Shown here in pieces: positions 27,577-37,592 of a stretch of DNA of 64,000 nt (the first letter of the stretch is position 1; the number at the start of each line of letters is the position of its first letter). Both the position numbers and the translations under genes were made by a program. The stretch covers positions 64,001 to 128,000 of the IMG/VR virus record IMGVR_UViG_3300044620_001883, one strand, 5' to 3'. Origin of the DNA: a virus. Its lineage: Duplodnaviria; Caudoviricetes. The notes under the pieces were generated by a model. It made no database searches, was not told where the DNA came from, and saw only the letters and a program-made list of their open reading frames with translations.

Positions 27577-27932
27577 ACACCACCGCAATCCCAGCAATTG
27601 TCAGGCAGGGCGATGTCCTGCTTGTGCCAGTCGAGATGCCCGAAGCGGCAGCTCAGAAGAAGATGAAACGAAGCAGAAGCGAAGCCGGTCGGTTTGTGCT
27701 CGCGCACGGGGAAGCCACTGGACACGCCCATACCGTATCTGTGAATGATTGCCTGATGTTGCAGAACACCATCAACCGTCTGTTGATCGTCAATAAGCCG
27801 ACGCAGTTGACACACCAGGAGCACGCGCCGCTTTGGCTCCAAGAGAACACCTGTTACAGGGTCATTCGTCAGCGCGAGTTTGTGAGATCAGAACCAGGCA
27901 TGCCCTTGGAGGACCGGTATGTCCGAGACTGA
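27573..27932 (+). CDS. conserved hypothetical protein (RQGDVLL / GEATGHAH family)
   Basis: RQGDVLL, LAHGEATGHAH, LTHQEH, YRVIRQREF; usual partner of DUF6745-like genes. Confidence 0.7.
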   Translation: MNTTAIPAIVRQGDVLLVPVEMPEAAAQKKMKRSRSEAGRFVLAHGEATGHAHTVSVNDCLMLQNTINRLLIVNKPTQLTHQEHAPLWLQENTCYRVIRQREFVRSEPGMPLEDRYVRD

Positions 27933-28914
27933 TCCGTATCGTGAGAATATCTTGTACGGGTTGGCCTGCGGGTTCTGCACTGCTCTGAGGTTGGGGTTAA
28001 ATGATGCGCAGCTGTGCGCTTTGATCAGCGGCAAAGACGGGCTCGGTGCGAATGATTATTGTGATGCAAATGTGCTGATGGCTGCCGCATGGGATGCTGT
28101 GATGTTGCAGAAGATATTTGATCCGGACAACGCACAGGATGCGGCATTATGGAACGACGCCTGGAACCTGGCTGTGCGGCAGCGGTACGACATGAGCAAA
28201 TACAGGCTGGAGCAGGCGCTCAAAACTCCAGAACAACCGGCTGAGGCGCCAGATGCTGCAGCGGAATTTGCAATTGCCAAAGGTCTGTACGACTACTTTG
28301 CAAACAAGCAGAGCTACGACATCTCCGAGATCTACAACGGCGCGGATGAATTCATGCGAAGGTGCGCACACCTCGGCCGGCTGTTCGAGGCATGGAGTTG
28401 TGACCATGTGGACTTCAACGCCATGCAGGATGTTTGGCCGTACTATTTGGAAGACCACGTAGGACCTGCGGTAGAATCCATGTTCTGGGAGCAGAACTGT
28501 GAGATCCCGGTGCGTTGGGGTGAAGATGAACTCCTGTCTCTGGCGACCAAACTGCGGTTGCCAGTGCGTATCCAAAACACACCCAACTGCAGCATGAACG
28601 TGGAGTGGGCTGCCGCGCCCGCGCAGCAGGGACGTTATCAGCGTTACCAGGTGCGCACAGTGCGGCACAGTGAGGACGGCTGGGCGATGGAACACTACAC
28701 CGTCGAGGATGCGCAGGAGCGCCACGCGGCTGACAACGATCACCCCGTCCTGTTTGCCCTGTATGGCTCGCTGGAGAGCTCAGGTGAATGGGAGTTCATC
28801 TGCGAAGCTCCCAGCTATGATGTCTTGCGCACGTCTATGCTGCGCATGCTTGGTCCGGAGAATATCGAGGGACTGCTAGAGTGTCCGGTCATGCAGTACC
28901 CGAACAAGGTATGA
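27919..28914 (+). CDS. hypothetical multi-module protein
   Basis: 331 aa ORF. Confidence 0.6.
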   Translation: MSETDPYRENILYGLACGFCTALRLGLNDAQLCALISGKDGLGANDYCDANVLMAAAWDAVMLQKIFDPDNAQDAALWNDAWNLAVRQRYDMSKYRLEQALKTPEQPAEAPDAAAEFAIAKGLYDYFANKQSYDISEIYNGADEFMRRCAHLGRLFEAWSCDHVDFNAMQDVWPYYLEDHVGPAVESMFWEQNCEIPVRWGEDELLSLATKLRLPVRIQNTPNCSMNVEWAAAPAQQGRYQRYQVRTVRHSEDGWAMEHYTVEDAQERHAADNDHPVLFALYGSLESSGEWEFICEAPSYDVLRTSMLRMLGPENIEGLLECPVMQYPNKV

Positions 28915-29183
28915 GCGCCAGACACGGAAGCAGAGTCCCGCTGCCCAAAGTGCCCAAAGTGCTGCAGCGTGTCGGCGATGGTAAGTTTTTGGAGTTGTGG
29001 GGGTGGGGAATAGAGTGGGCTGAAAAGCAGTCTGCCGCGTGTCCAAAGTTCACGACCAGCAACATGGGCAAGCAGCGTCAAGATGACTTTCACAAAAACC
29101 TGTACCAGCGTTTCTCCAGCCGCAAAGCCAAGCAGGCTGGGGTGTTTTGCAAGCTCGTTCCCTATGACGAATCCAACGGTTAA
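28911..29183 (+). CDS. hypothetical protein
   Basis: ATGA coupling. Confidence 0.5.
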   Translation: MSARHGSRVPLPKVPKVLQRVGDGKFLELWGWGIEWAEKQSAACPKFTTSNMGKQRQDDFHKNLYQRFSSRKAKQAGVFCKLVPYDESNG

Positions 29184-29676
29184 ATTCAAGTTTAAGCACT
29201 TCGACACGACGTTGTCAGGGCGGTTGTCTGTGACCACTTACGCTCTGGGTGGGCTGGCTGTGTCCCTCACCACCGAAATGGAGGAAGCACCTGGGCAGTA
29301 CGAGCCGTATTGTCATGTCAGTGTACGCCTGCCTGAGACAGATCACCTGCCTTCCGATGTCTTCTATGCCAAGCACTGGAGCGAGAACGAGGGAATAGTG
29401 GAGACGCTGGTTGAGCTGCGTATCATTGAGCTAGCCCCGGACTTTCCTCCGGTAGCCAGTGGTTTTGTGCGGAACATCCGGGCGTACCGGTTGGTGTCCT
29501 GTGTTCAGTGTCCGGACGAGCCGCGGTTTGAGGGTGACCTTGTTGGTTGCGGCTTCGTCTGCGCAGAGCCTCCCGATTCCGAGGGGTTGTATGACTGTCT
29601 GAATTGTGGTCTGTTCTTCTCCAAGGAAGATGACCAGCGCGGTATTCCCCATATCGTACATGACAATATCCAATGA
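29164..29676 (+). CDS. DUF4313-like protein with C-terminal Zn-ribbon module
   Basis: YCHVSVRL...FYAKHWSENEGIVETL...SGFV; CVQC...CLNC. Confidence 0.55.
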   Translation: MTNPTVKFKFKHFDTTLSGRLSVTTYALGGLAVSLTTEMEEAPGQYEPYCHVSVRLPETDHLPSDVFYAKHWSENEGIVETLVELRIIELAPDFPPVASGFVRNIRAYRLVSCVQCPDEPRFEGDLVGCGFVCAEPPDSEGLYDCLNCGLFFSKEDDQRGIPHIVHDNIQ

Positions 29677-29730
29677 GAACTCATCAAGAACCTCCGGTAT
29701 GAGCTTCGGAATACAGGGATCAAATGACCT

Positions 29731-30387
29731 ATGACAGCTAAAAAAAAGAAAACCGAAATACCCCAACAACCAGCTGGGGTGGTGGACGAAGTACAAAAGG
29801 TTAAACGGCGCGGGCTCGTACCGTCCAACGGTGAGAACCGGGTCATGACACCCGCGCCATTGGCCCAGCAGCTCGTGGATCATTTTGCTGCGCAGATGAC
29901 CGGCGGATACATTCTTGACCCGGCTCGCGGACAGGGCGCATTCCTGGAGGCATTGAAGACGCGATGTGCTGTAACCAGTTTGAAGTGGGCTGAAGTGGAC
30001 GCCGGGATCGATTTCTTCGACACCAAGAACTGGTGGGGTTGTGTGATGAAACGCGACACCCTCAAGGACACCAAGCTGGACCATGTAGACAAGTTCAGTT
30101 TCATCATCACCAACCCGCCTTGGGAGAAACTCCTGAACTGGTGGATTCGTGGGATGGAGCTGGCCGACAATGTTGTGTACTTGTGTCTGGTCCCCAACGT
30201 GTTCCAGAAGGCCAAACGCAACGCCATCCGGAATGCTGGCTTCGGTATCAAGGAGATCGCGTACGTGAAGACCCCACCGCCCAAGACTCCCTGGCCCCAG
30301 GCTGGGTTCTGTCTTGGGGCTGTGCATGTACAGCGCGGCTACAAAGGTGGCATCAAGGAAACGTTCCTGCCCGACTACGACGCATGA
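29731..30387 (+). CDS. DNA N6-adenine methyltransferase
   Basis: MTPAPLA, ILDPARGQGAF (motif I), IITNPPW (motif IV). Confidence 0.8.
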   Translation: MTAKKKKTEIPQQPAGVVDEVQKVKRRGLVPSNGENRVMTPAPLAQQLVDHFAAQMTGGYILDPARGQGAFLEALKTRCAVTSLKWAEVDAGIDFFDTKNWWGCVMKRDTLKDTKLDHVDKFSFIITNPPWEKLLNWWIRGMELADNVVYLCLVPNVFQKAKRNAIRNAGFGIKEIAYVKTPPPKTPWPQAGFCLGAVHVQRGYKGGIKETFLPDYDA

Positions 30388-31121
30388 AAGCCGTCACGCT
30401 GATCCAAGTATGTTCTGCAGAAGATGAGCACGACAGTGCTTCTCTAATGCGCCGCGTGCAGGAGATGAACTGCATCCTACAGGGTGTACAGGCCCACTAT
30501 GCTGAGTCTGACGTGTACGTGGTGACAGACCAGCTGTACGCAGGTCTGAATGGTAACACGCGGGAGTTCCGGTCACATTTTAATCGCGTCTGGGACTCAA
30601 ATGCACATCCGTGCACTGAGAAAGTGTTTAGAACGTGGTGGCTCAGCTGGGTCGAGATGCTGCAGTTCGAGCTCAACTACATTGTTGGGTTGGAACAGTC
30701 ATGCGACAAGGCGGATCGTGAATCCTCTGAAAATGCTCACAGAACCTGGGACTCGTACCTGAAGGGGCTGAGGGTGCAGGTCGACAATACTGTGCGGATC
30801 ATGCAGGAAGTCAGGCATGAGGTGCTCAAGATCATTCCAACATTGGACCTGCCGGGATTCCCGGACGTTCCCAAGGCAGCCGAGTTGACCCCGGACGACA
30901 AGCGTTGGATCAAAACCGCTGCAGAGGTTGTCGCCGATGTTGAGATGGAGCGGGGGCGGCATGAGGCTATCAGGGAGCTGGCCAGGCAATACCATCAGAA
31001 AGATGGTGAGCTCGAGTTCGACCCGGACGCGAAGGTGTCTGAGGGTGAAGAAAACGGCGCCTATGTGCAGGGTTGGAAGTGGGTCAGCTTTCGCGATACC
31101 GCCCTGGATAAAGTGTCATGA
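30384..31121 (+). CDS. hypothetical protein
   Basis: ATGA coupling. Confidence 0.6.
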   Translation: MKAVTLIQVCSAEDEHDSASLMRRVQEMNCILQGVQAHYAESDVYVVTDQLYAGLNGNTREFRSHFNRVWDSNAHPCTEKVFRTWWLSWVEMLQFELNYIVGLEQSCDKADRESSENAHRTWDSYLKGLRVQVDNTVRIMQEVRHEVLKIIPTLDLPGFPDVPKAAELTPDDKRWIKTAAEVVADVEMERGRHEAIRELARQYHQKDGELEFDPDAKVSEGEENGAYVQGWKWVSFRDTALDKVS

Positions 31122-31456
31122 AATCCGATCTATCCGAGGACATCATTGCCTGCATGGTGGCGGGTGGTTTGATCATCGCGGCTTTGCTGTGGGTTAAGTC
31201 CGCAGACAGTCCTGAGCCTAAGAAACCAGCAATGCCAGTTCAAGACGCTCCATTTACAGCAACCCTAGATACCCTCAAGGAGTTGTCACTCCCAGGAACA
31301 GCGCCGTTGTTGATTGTCACAGATAACACCTGGATGACGCTCACGTTTGGTCCTGAGGGTCCCAGCACCGCGAAGGGGGCTGTCATGACCTTGAAGGCGG
31401 AGCCCATTGTGGAGCGGCTAGGGACGACGTGGAGAGTCACTTTCAAGGTGCCATGA
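31118..31456 (+). CDS. hypothetical protein with N-terminal TM helix
   Basis: IIACMVAGGLIIAALLWV. Confidence 0.6.
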   Translation: MKSDLSEDIIACMVAGGLIIAALLWVKSADSPEPKKPAMPVQDAPFTATLDTLKELSLPGTAPLLIVTDNTWMTLTFGPEGPSTAKGAVMTLKAEPIVERLGTTWRVTFKVP

Positions 31457-31731
31457 CAAGTCAAACAACCGACCGACGGGACAGGCTACACCAGGAGTAC
31501 TGGGAGGTGTTTACCCGATGGGCCTGGCGGGTGCTGGGTCCACAGCAGCTCAACTGGTATTGGACTATGAACAATACCCCGGCAGGTCAGCGCTTCAGCG
31601 CCGCCCTCTGCCGGTTCGGGTTGCAGGAATCATTCATGTACCGGCGCCAGAATTACGAACGCGGGCTGCGGGGTTCCATCATGGAACCTCCGCCCCGTCT
31701 CATGATCCGTACCATTGATGCATCAGCATAA
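31453..31731 (+). CDS. hypothetical protein
   Basis: ATGA coupling. Confidence 0.5.
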   Translation: MTSQTTDRRDRLHQEYWEVFTRWAWRVLGPQQLNWYWTMNNTPAGQRFSAALCRFGLQESFMYRRQNYERGLRGSIMEPPPRLMIRTIDASA

Positions 31732-31957
31732 GCATTTCGTCCGCACCCCTGTCATCCATGATGTGCTGCACCTGCAGTGCTATCAGCGGGGACAGTGGGT
31801 GCAGCTCGCTTGGTGTGATCGACCAAGCAGGTATTGGGGCACAAAGCCAGGAGCAGGCAGGGTCGTGATAGCCTTTCACTACCCCCATGCGCACCGCAGT
31901 TTCGTTCAGTACAACCAGATGTTAAAACAAAGAGCAGCATGCCCGTCTACGACGTAA
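31715..31957 (+). CDS. hypothetical protein
   Basis: Fills the gap between coupled genes. Confidence 0.45.
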   Translation: MMHQHKHFVRTPVIHDVLHLQCYQRGQWVQLAWCDRPSRYWGTKPGAGRVVIAFHYPHAHRSFVQYNQMLKQRAACPSTT

Positions 31958-32550
31958 CGATTCAGGCCACGGTCCGCAAGGCAGTCCGTGTGGAAGCAGA
32001 CAACCAGCAGGCTGCGGAGGAGCAGGCCCACCAGGGCTTCACGATTCAGTGCGACAGTGATGAGTTCTACAGGCAGGATACGGTGGACACCATTGAAGTA
32101 CAGCCTGACACTTCCGCATCCGTCCCTCAGGATATGGTTCAGCGCGTCAAAGCCCTGGCAGCGGCGGCGGAGCGGCGAGCGGCAATCCTCGAGACCAATA
32201 CCAAGCGCAACGAGATGCTGTATGCCCAGGCCAAGGCAGCTGCGGACCAGTTCTGTGATGCTGTGGTGCGCAAGTTGCTGGAGCTGCGTTCACATGGGCT
32301 TGCCGTCAAGGAACAGTTTACCCATGTAAACCACGAAGCTTCCGGCTCTGTCATGTGTTTCTTGTCATATCACGTTGAAGGTCATTTCGAATGCGGGCGG
32401 CATGTCCTTGCAAGCTACCCAGCCTACGACACTGTGGAGGTGAAGAATTACGCAAATGAAAAAGCGTCATTCAAATTCAGGGTTACCCAGAGCGCCGAGG
32501 TGGCCGCGCGGGACTACGTGGAGCGGATTCTGGCCAGCGTGGAGAGGTGA
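31939..32550 (+). CDS. hypothetical protein
   Basis: In-frame ATG; coiled-coil middle. Confidence 0.6.
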   Translation: MPVYDVTIQATVRKAVRVEADNQQAAEEQAHQGFTIQCDSDEFYRQDTVDTIEVQPDTSASVPQDMVQRVKALAAAAERRAAILETNTKRNEMLYAQAKAAADQFCDAVVRKLLELRSHGLAVKEQFTHVNHEASGSVMCFLSYHVEGHFECGRHVLASYPAYDTVEVKNYANEKASFKFRVTQSAEVAARDYVERILASVER

Positions 32551-32553
32551 CCA

Positions 32554-32715
32554 ATGAGCCCTATGCGGAATGATCAACTGCTCCACCAGGTCAAAACCTG
32601 GTGGGCACACCGCGACGGCAAGCCTGAGTGGGCACAGCTGACCAGTGACGACAAAAAGCACCTGGTAGCGCAATGGAAGCGCGAGCAGGACAAACACAAG
32701 GCCCGGAAAAAATGA
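32554..32715 (+). CDS. small hypothetical protein (53 aa, below track cut-off)
   Basis: Fills gap, ATGA overlap with next gene. Confidence 0.5.
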   Translation: MSPMRNDQLLHQVKTWWAHRDGKPEWAQLTSDDKKHLVAQWKREQDKHKARKK

Positions 32716-33182
32716 GTGAAGCTCGCACAAAATTAACAGCAGCCTTTGCAGGCTATCTGGGGGCTCTGTCCATCAGTGACGATGATCTGTGCCGCGCCTG
32801 TCAGCACCTTGACTATGCTCCAGGTATGCTGTCCCGCTGTTCAATCGGCTGGCCTGGTTTGTTTGACCTGGACAATTATTGCAAGGAGTGCCCCAAGTTC
32901 ATGAAGACCGATGAAGAGTGTGACCAGACCGAGCAAGGTCCGCTGATCAGTGCGCTGGTCGTGGCTTGCGAGAAACTTGTGTCGACCATTAGTGCGACTG
33001 GTGGGTTGATCAGACTTGAATCCGGCTGTGTGCGCCCCGTCGGTGATCCTGAGTGGGAGGACCTGGCAGACGCAGCCGAGTGTGCGGATGCGGCGCTAGA
33101 GCGCTACTATGCGGCAGGAAATCCACCAGTCCTGGGTGAACATGAGCAGCCCCGGCTACAAATCATGGAACGCAATGAGTGA
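32712..33182 (+). CDS. hypothetical protein
   Basis: ATGA coupling. Confidence 0.55.
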   Translation: MSEARTKLTAAFAGYLGALSISDDDLCRACQHLDYAPGMLSRCSIGWPGLFDLDNYCKECPKFMKTDEECDQTEQGPLISALVVACEKLVSTISATGGLIRLESGCVRPVGDPEWEDLADAAECADAALERYYAAGNPPVLGEHEQPRLQIMERNE

Positions 33183-33489
33183 CATACCTCAACCTCAGTG
33201 GGTACCACCATCCTGGATGTGTACAAGGGATCAGGACGATCTCAGGCGGGACACAATCGTGGGTGCCTGTAACTGCGGCACAAAAACACCGGAGGTTGTC
33301 TACCATGCACCAGGGTGCAAGTACCGGTTGATCTGTGAGCGTGACGATGCCCGTGAGTTAGCCGAAGCCATCAAGGTGGAATTAAACGCACGCCTGATGG
33401 AGCGCACCCAAGGGCTGTTGACCAAGTTGATTGAGGTTGAAGGACAGTTGAGGAAACTACAAAGCAGACTCCGCGCCACGCGGTCCTGA
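33175..33489 (+). CDS. hypothetical protein
   Basis: CNCG...HAPGC motif plus coiled coil. Confidence 0.55.
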   Translation: MSDIPQPQWVPPSWMCTRDQDDLRRDTIVGACNCGTKTPEVVYHAPGCKYRLICERDDARELAEAIKVELNARLMERTQGLLTKLIEVEGQLRKLQSRLRATRS

Positions 33490-33534
33490 GTGTGGGCCGT
33501 TTCGCGGCCGGACCAGCACTGGGAAGGATGAGGT

Positions 33535-33954
33535 GTGGTGGGATACTTTGTTCTATGTTTTCAAAATACACCACACACGCTTCGTGAAGTGGGCCCAGGA
33601 CTGCATATGCAAATAACACGCATTGATCAGCAAACACACGACGAGCTCAAGCGGCTCTTCGAGGATAATCCGGAGTTACGACTACAGAACAGGGGTTACG
33701 AGTACATCGGATGCGCTGTACGCGAAGCCAAGGCACCACAGCTTGCCCGGATCGCCGAGATCCTAAAGCAGCACATCACGGGGTTCCATGAGTTTCACAA
33801 CTTCAGGACCGGCAAAGAAGGGGAGATCGTACTGCGCTTCGACTATGATTGGGGTGCCGAGGACAAAACCTTGCGCTTCTGCGGTGTCGGGTACCTGCCC
33901 CTGGATCACCTGCGGGATGGTTTCTTGAATGGTGACCGCACGAGCAGCTCATGA
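33535..33954 (+). CDS. conserved phage hypothetical protein
   Basis: GYEYIG...FHNFR...LRFDYDWG...FCGVGY. Confidence 0.6.
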   Translation: MVGYFVLCFQNTPHTLREVGPGLHMQITRIDQQTHDELKRLFEDNPELRLQNRGYEYIGCAVREAKAPQLARIAEILKQHITGFHEFHNFRTGKEGEIVLRFDYDWGAEDKTLRFCGVGYLPLDHLRDGFLNGDRTSSS

Positions 33955-34136
33955 ACTATTTCCTGGTACGTGATCGCAAAGGGCAGGCTGTAGCCTTGTG
34001 CTTCATGGCGGGCGCACGCCCGCTTGTTGCACTGCAGGAGCCGCGAACCATGAGTTACTGGGATGACAAAATTGTCCAACCTGTGACCCGTGCGGATTTT
34101 TTCAAACTGCACCCAGAGCAACCAAATGACGCATGA
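33951..34136 (+). CDS. hypothetical protein
   Basis: ATGA coupling. Confidence 0.5.
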   Translation: MNYFLVRDRKGQAVALCFMAGARPLVALQEPRTMSYWDDKIVQPVTRADFFKLHPEQPNDA

Positions 34137-34527
34137 AGTCATAGTCAGTAACATCGGTCGCGCCTATACGGGCGACTCGGCAGACCAGGCACTTATCACA
34201 TTCAAGGAATACGAAGCGCAGTCCAAGGAGGGCGGCGGACGTGCGGCCGGCGAGCAAGTCACCTGGTTGGCGGACGGTGAAATCCTCAAAGAGTACCGAC
34301 CACCGGACTCCGACGGACCAACTCCCGGCACGTACTTCAAGGTTTGGGTTGAGCTGGAAATGGTCAATGACGACTTGGACCAATATGAGAATATGGATCT
34401 TGGTTTCTCAGCCACCGCTGCGTTCAAATATGAGGCGGATGCGCTAAAATTTGCCCACGCCCTGCACGCATGTGGGGAAGAGGGGTTGAAGCGTCTGATG
34501 CCCGCGGAGGTGTTCTATGATCAGTGA
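34126..34527 (+). CDS. hypothetical protein
   Basis: HEVIVSNIGRAY motif. Confidence 0.6.
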   Translation: MTHEVIVSNIGRAYTGDSADQALITFKEYEAQSKEGGGRAAGEQVTWLADGEILKEYRPPDSDGPTPGTYFKVWVELEMVNDDLDQYENMDLGFSATAAFKYEADALKFAHALHACGEEGLKRLMPAEVFYDQ

Positions 34528-35494
34528 GCCTCAGACAGCCACGTTGGTATTCGAGTTTGCCCCGCACGCGGCCCTGCTGACCCGATACGATCTGCATGAT
34601 CGGGAGCACCATGAGGTTGGACACCACATGGGCGAGTACGCCAGGGAGACCAGTGACGGCGCTGAGTACCGGTGTCTCGGGGTGGAGAAGTACGATGCGA
34701 AGAAACAGGAGCACATCATTACCCACGGGAGTGACCTTGGCTGTGGTGCCTTCTATCCATCGACGCTGTTCCTGACCGGGGAGGACCACGAGGGAGAATC
34801 ACTCCCCCATGCACTCTTGGATGTGATTGCCCGGCGATTCTGGAACATGGAACCAAGCAGGATCGAGCCTGTCATCCTGCCGCGTGGGTGGGACAAGAAC
34901 CACTGGACCTGGTGGAAGGGGATTCAGTTTGTGCGAGCTGGAGAGTGGCGGCACATGCGCAAGACCTTCCTGACCACGCTCTTCCAGGCACCCCTGTGTG
35001 AGATTCTCTCGAATCGTGAATCCCCCACAGGTACCAATGCCTACACGGAGATCTTCATTGAGGACATACGAGAGTTCATGGGACAAGGACATATCACACA
35101 GGGAAACCCAACACCCAACCTCAACTGGATCGGGTACGCACCCAAACACGGTGAGGTGATTCGCAACAAGGAGACCGGCAAGACGTTGGGGGTCGTGTCC
35201 CATCTGGATGGTAATCTGGTCATGGATTTCCTGGGTGAAATCCTGATCATCTGGCGGTTCCACGATGGTCTCAATAATCTACACACCTGGGACTCGAAAC
35301 GGGATGGACCCGAAGCACCACGAGGAGCAGTCAAGCATGAGGACCGGTTCTGCGTGCGTTGCGGCGCAGAGCTGTTTGACGACCAGAAGCCTGGGTTGTG
35401 TGATACCTGCGTAGGAGAAGCGCAACGTGGTGCGCATGACATGCTTCAGTGGCTGGCCCAACATCCCGAGTATGCACACCAAATTAAACCCTAA
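34517..35494 (+). CDS. hypothetical multi-module protein with C-terminal Zn ribbon
   Basis: 325 aa; CVRC...CDTC. Confidence 0.6.
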   Translation: MISEPQTATLVFEFAPHAALLTRYDLHDREHHEVGHHMGEYARETSDGAEYRCLGVEKYDAKKQEHIITHGSDLGCGAFYPSTLFLTGEDHEGESLPHALLDVIARRFWNMEPSRIEPVILPRGWDKNHWTWWKGIQFVRAGEWRHMRKTFLTTLFQAPLCEILSNRESPTGTNAYTEIFIEDIREFMGQGHITQGNPTPNLNWIGYAPKHGEVIRNKETGKTLGVVSHLDGNLVMDFLGEILIIWRFHDGLNNLHTWDSKRDGPEAPRGAVKHEDRFCVRCGAELFDDQKPGLCDTCVGEAQRGAHDMLQWLAQHPEYAHQIKP

Positions 35495-35496
35495 CC

Positions 35497-35778
35497 ATGT
35501 CCGCTGAATTAAGCGCAGCCTTGCTGGCCTTGAATGAGGGTAACGCAGAGCAGTGGCGTGTTAGGTGGGCAAAGTCGGACAGGTCAGACGGTCGCAAGTG
35601 CTGGCGCCTCGAAAACGAGCAAGGACACCTGCGTGCTGAGATCCATCAGGGAGGAGACGTCCTGGAGGATATCTATTACGTCCACAACTGCAGTTGCGGA
35701 CTTGATGTACCGCTGCAGTTGCGGCTGGAGGTGTTGGCGCGTGTCCTTTGGACCGAGGCAGTGGAACAAACTACATGA
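35497..35778 (+). CDS. hypothetical protein
   Basis: ORF tiling. Confidence 0.55.
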   Translation: MSAELSAALLALNEGNAEQWRVRWAKSDRSDGRKCWRLENEQGHLRAEIHQGGDVLEDIYYVHNCSCGLDVPLQLRLEVLARVLWTEAVEQTT

Positions 35779-36035
35779 GTCTTGTACTACACATAGGATC
35801 AGAGGTGAGCCGTACCGTGGCTAACCTGGAAGAAGCGTCTGCCGCTTGGTGTTGGTACCGTGACGCAAACGGTCTCGGAGCTCGCGACATGCCAGAAGTC
35901 TATGTACAGGACGGCGACCGTAAGGTAGCGCGGATTAGCTACAATGGACGCTGTTGGTCGCCGGATATACCGCATCGTGAAATTGTGCTCAATGCGTACC
36001 GGTCCGTGGAAGCAGAAATCAAGGCGGGTTGGTGA
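35775..36035 (+). CDS. conserved phage hypothetical protein
   Basis: YRDANGLGARD...VARISYNGRCW. Confidence 0.6.
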   Translation: MSLVLHIGSEVSRTVANLEEASAAWCWYRDANGLGARDMPEVYVQDGDRKVARISYNGRCWSPDIPHREIVLNAYRSVEAEIKAGW

Positions 36036-36038
36036 TAC

Positions 36039-36230
36039 ATGCCAGCTGACTTCGAACCTGAACGGGTTTTCATTACCCCCACCGTGATTGTGACCAGTGC
36101 TGATGTTCCAGAGGTCGAGGAGGTGCCATTACATTTCTTCCTGCGTGGTTTCTTCCGCCATCGTGAGAAGCTGTTGAGCGGGCTGGCAGGCGACGTAAAG
36201 GACAACAAGCATGGTCGAAACAAAAAGTGA
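36039..36230 (+). CDS. hypothetical protein
   Basis: ORF tiling. Confidence 0.45.
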   Translation: MPADFEPERVFITPTVIVTSADVPEVEEVPLHFFLRGFFRHREKLLSGLAGDVKDNKHGRNKK

Positions 36231-36681
36231 CTTCGAAGGGTGGTGCCTTGAGTACTATCCGGAAACGGCTGATGAATTGCTGCGGCGCAGCAGTGATCAC
36301 ATGCACTACATAGATCACTCCATCTTGAAATGGGAAGGACTCCAACCAGAGGCACTGGCCAAGTATGGGTTGGAGTTGCAGATGACGGACATCATGACAA
36401 AGGAAGGGGAGGAGGTCATGCAAATCAGCGGAGCCAACTGTGCGCTGTGTCTGGCGGTTTGGCCGCCAACCAAGGGTCACAACTGTGTGGGTTGTCCCCT
36501 GTACCAGTTCCGTGATGATGTTCCTTGTTATGAAGACAAGCAGGGCACGCCTGACTCGCTAAAATCTCCCTGGCATGTAGCCATGTACAAAGGTAACACT
36601 GCACCGATGCTCGCGGAACTGAAGGCCACCAAGGCTTGGATGGAAGCCTCAACCACAAGCAACAATGATACCATTACCTAA
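36211..36681 (+). CDS. Cys-containing hypothetical protein
   Basis: NCALC...CVGCPL...PC. Confidence 0.6.
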   Translation: MVETKSDFEGWCLEYYPETADELLRRSSDHMHYIDHSILKWEGLQPEALAKYGLELQMTDIMTKEGEEVMQISGANCALCLAVWPPTKGHNCVGCPLYQFRDDVPCYEDKQGTPDSLKSPWHVAMYKGNTAPMLAELKATKAWMEASTTSNNDTIT

Positions 36682-37111
36682 ACCGAAAATGAGCGCCGTC
36701 GACGTGGTCGATTTCGTGGTTGAATACTTTGGGAGCGACCCTTCCAGGAGATCCCTGAATCCGCACTACACAGGCCAAGAGCATGAAACAAGATGTCTCT
36801 ACCGTGGACCAGAGGGTAGACGCTGTGCCTTTGCGATCTTCGTGGCAGAGGATGAGGTGGAAGCACTCAGGGAGGGCAGGCAAGCCTCAGACAATCTGCA
36901 CGGTAGTGGGCGGCTGCGACCTGAGGTGGAGCATCTTGCCAGAAAGACGGAGTTCTGGGATCGGCTGCAGTGTCTGCACGACACGAAATCGTATTGGAAC
37001 GCTGAGGGCTTTACAGATCACGGTAAGCTAGAATGTGAAATGCTACGCGCCTATGCGGCTTCCACATTCTGTCAGGTTGACGAAACCACCAAGCAAGATG
37101 CCATCCATTAA
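36665..37111 (+). CDS. hypothetical protein
   Basis: CLYRGPEGRRCAFAI...LQCLHD motif. Confidence 0.6.
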   Translation: MIPLPKPKMSAVDVVDFVVEYFGSDPSRRSLNPHYTGQEHETRCLYRGPEGRRCAFAIFVAEDEVEALREGRQASDNLHGSGRLRPEVEHLARKTEFWDRLQCLHDTKSYWNAEGFTDHGKLECEMLRAYAASTFCQVDETTKQDAIH

Positions 37112-37592
37112 AGAACTGCGGGAGCATCTCAGCTCCTACCCTGATGACATGGCCTGTGCGTGGGCCCTGTGGACGCCCCCGGATGTCGTGACGGTGATGC
37201 GACAGCACCGTGATACGCAAGCTGATCGTGGTGAACGCCTGCAGCCAACCCTCGATGACGAGGAGATCGGGTACATCCTGGAGCGTGCTAATCACAACCA
37301 GGACGCGTCATATGGGATAACCTGGTATTCGCTGGAGAGTGAATTACCCGCAGCTGACCAACGGGACGAGCGGGTCATAGCACGGTTGAAACCTGGAGTT
37401 CGGGTCAAGTGGTATGACCCTGACGTCATGGATGGTATCGAGAATGCCTGTCACAAGGAGGGTATCATCAAGACCGTACAGGTTGCTGATCACCTTGTAC
37501 TGCTGTCCCTGGAAGACGGTTGGACCAGTGAGGTTCTAGCCAGCGAGCTAGAGATCATTGAGGAAGAAGCCTGCCGGGATGCTGATGAGTAA
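37098..37592 (+). CDS. hypothetical protein
   Basis: ORF tiling. Confidence 0.6.
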   Translation: MPSIKELREHLSSYPDDMACAWALWTPPDVVTVMRQHRDTQADRGERLQPTLDDEEIGYILERANHNQDASYGITWYSLESELPAADQRDERVIARLKPGVRVKWYDPDVMDGIENACHKEGIIKTVQVADHLVLLSLEDGWTSEVLASELEIIEEEACRDADE

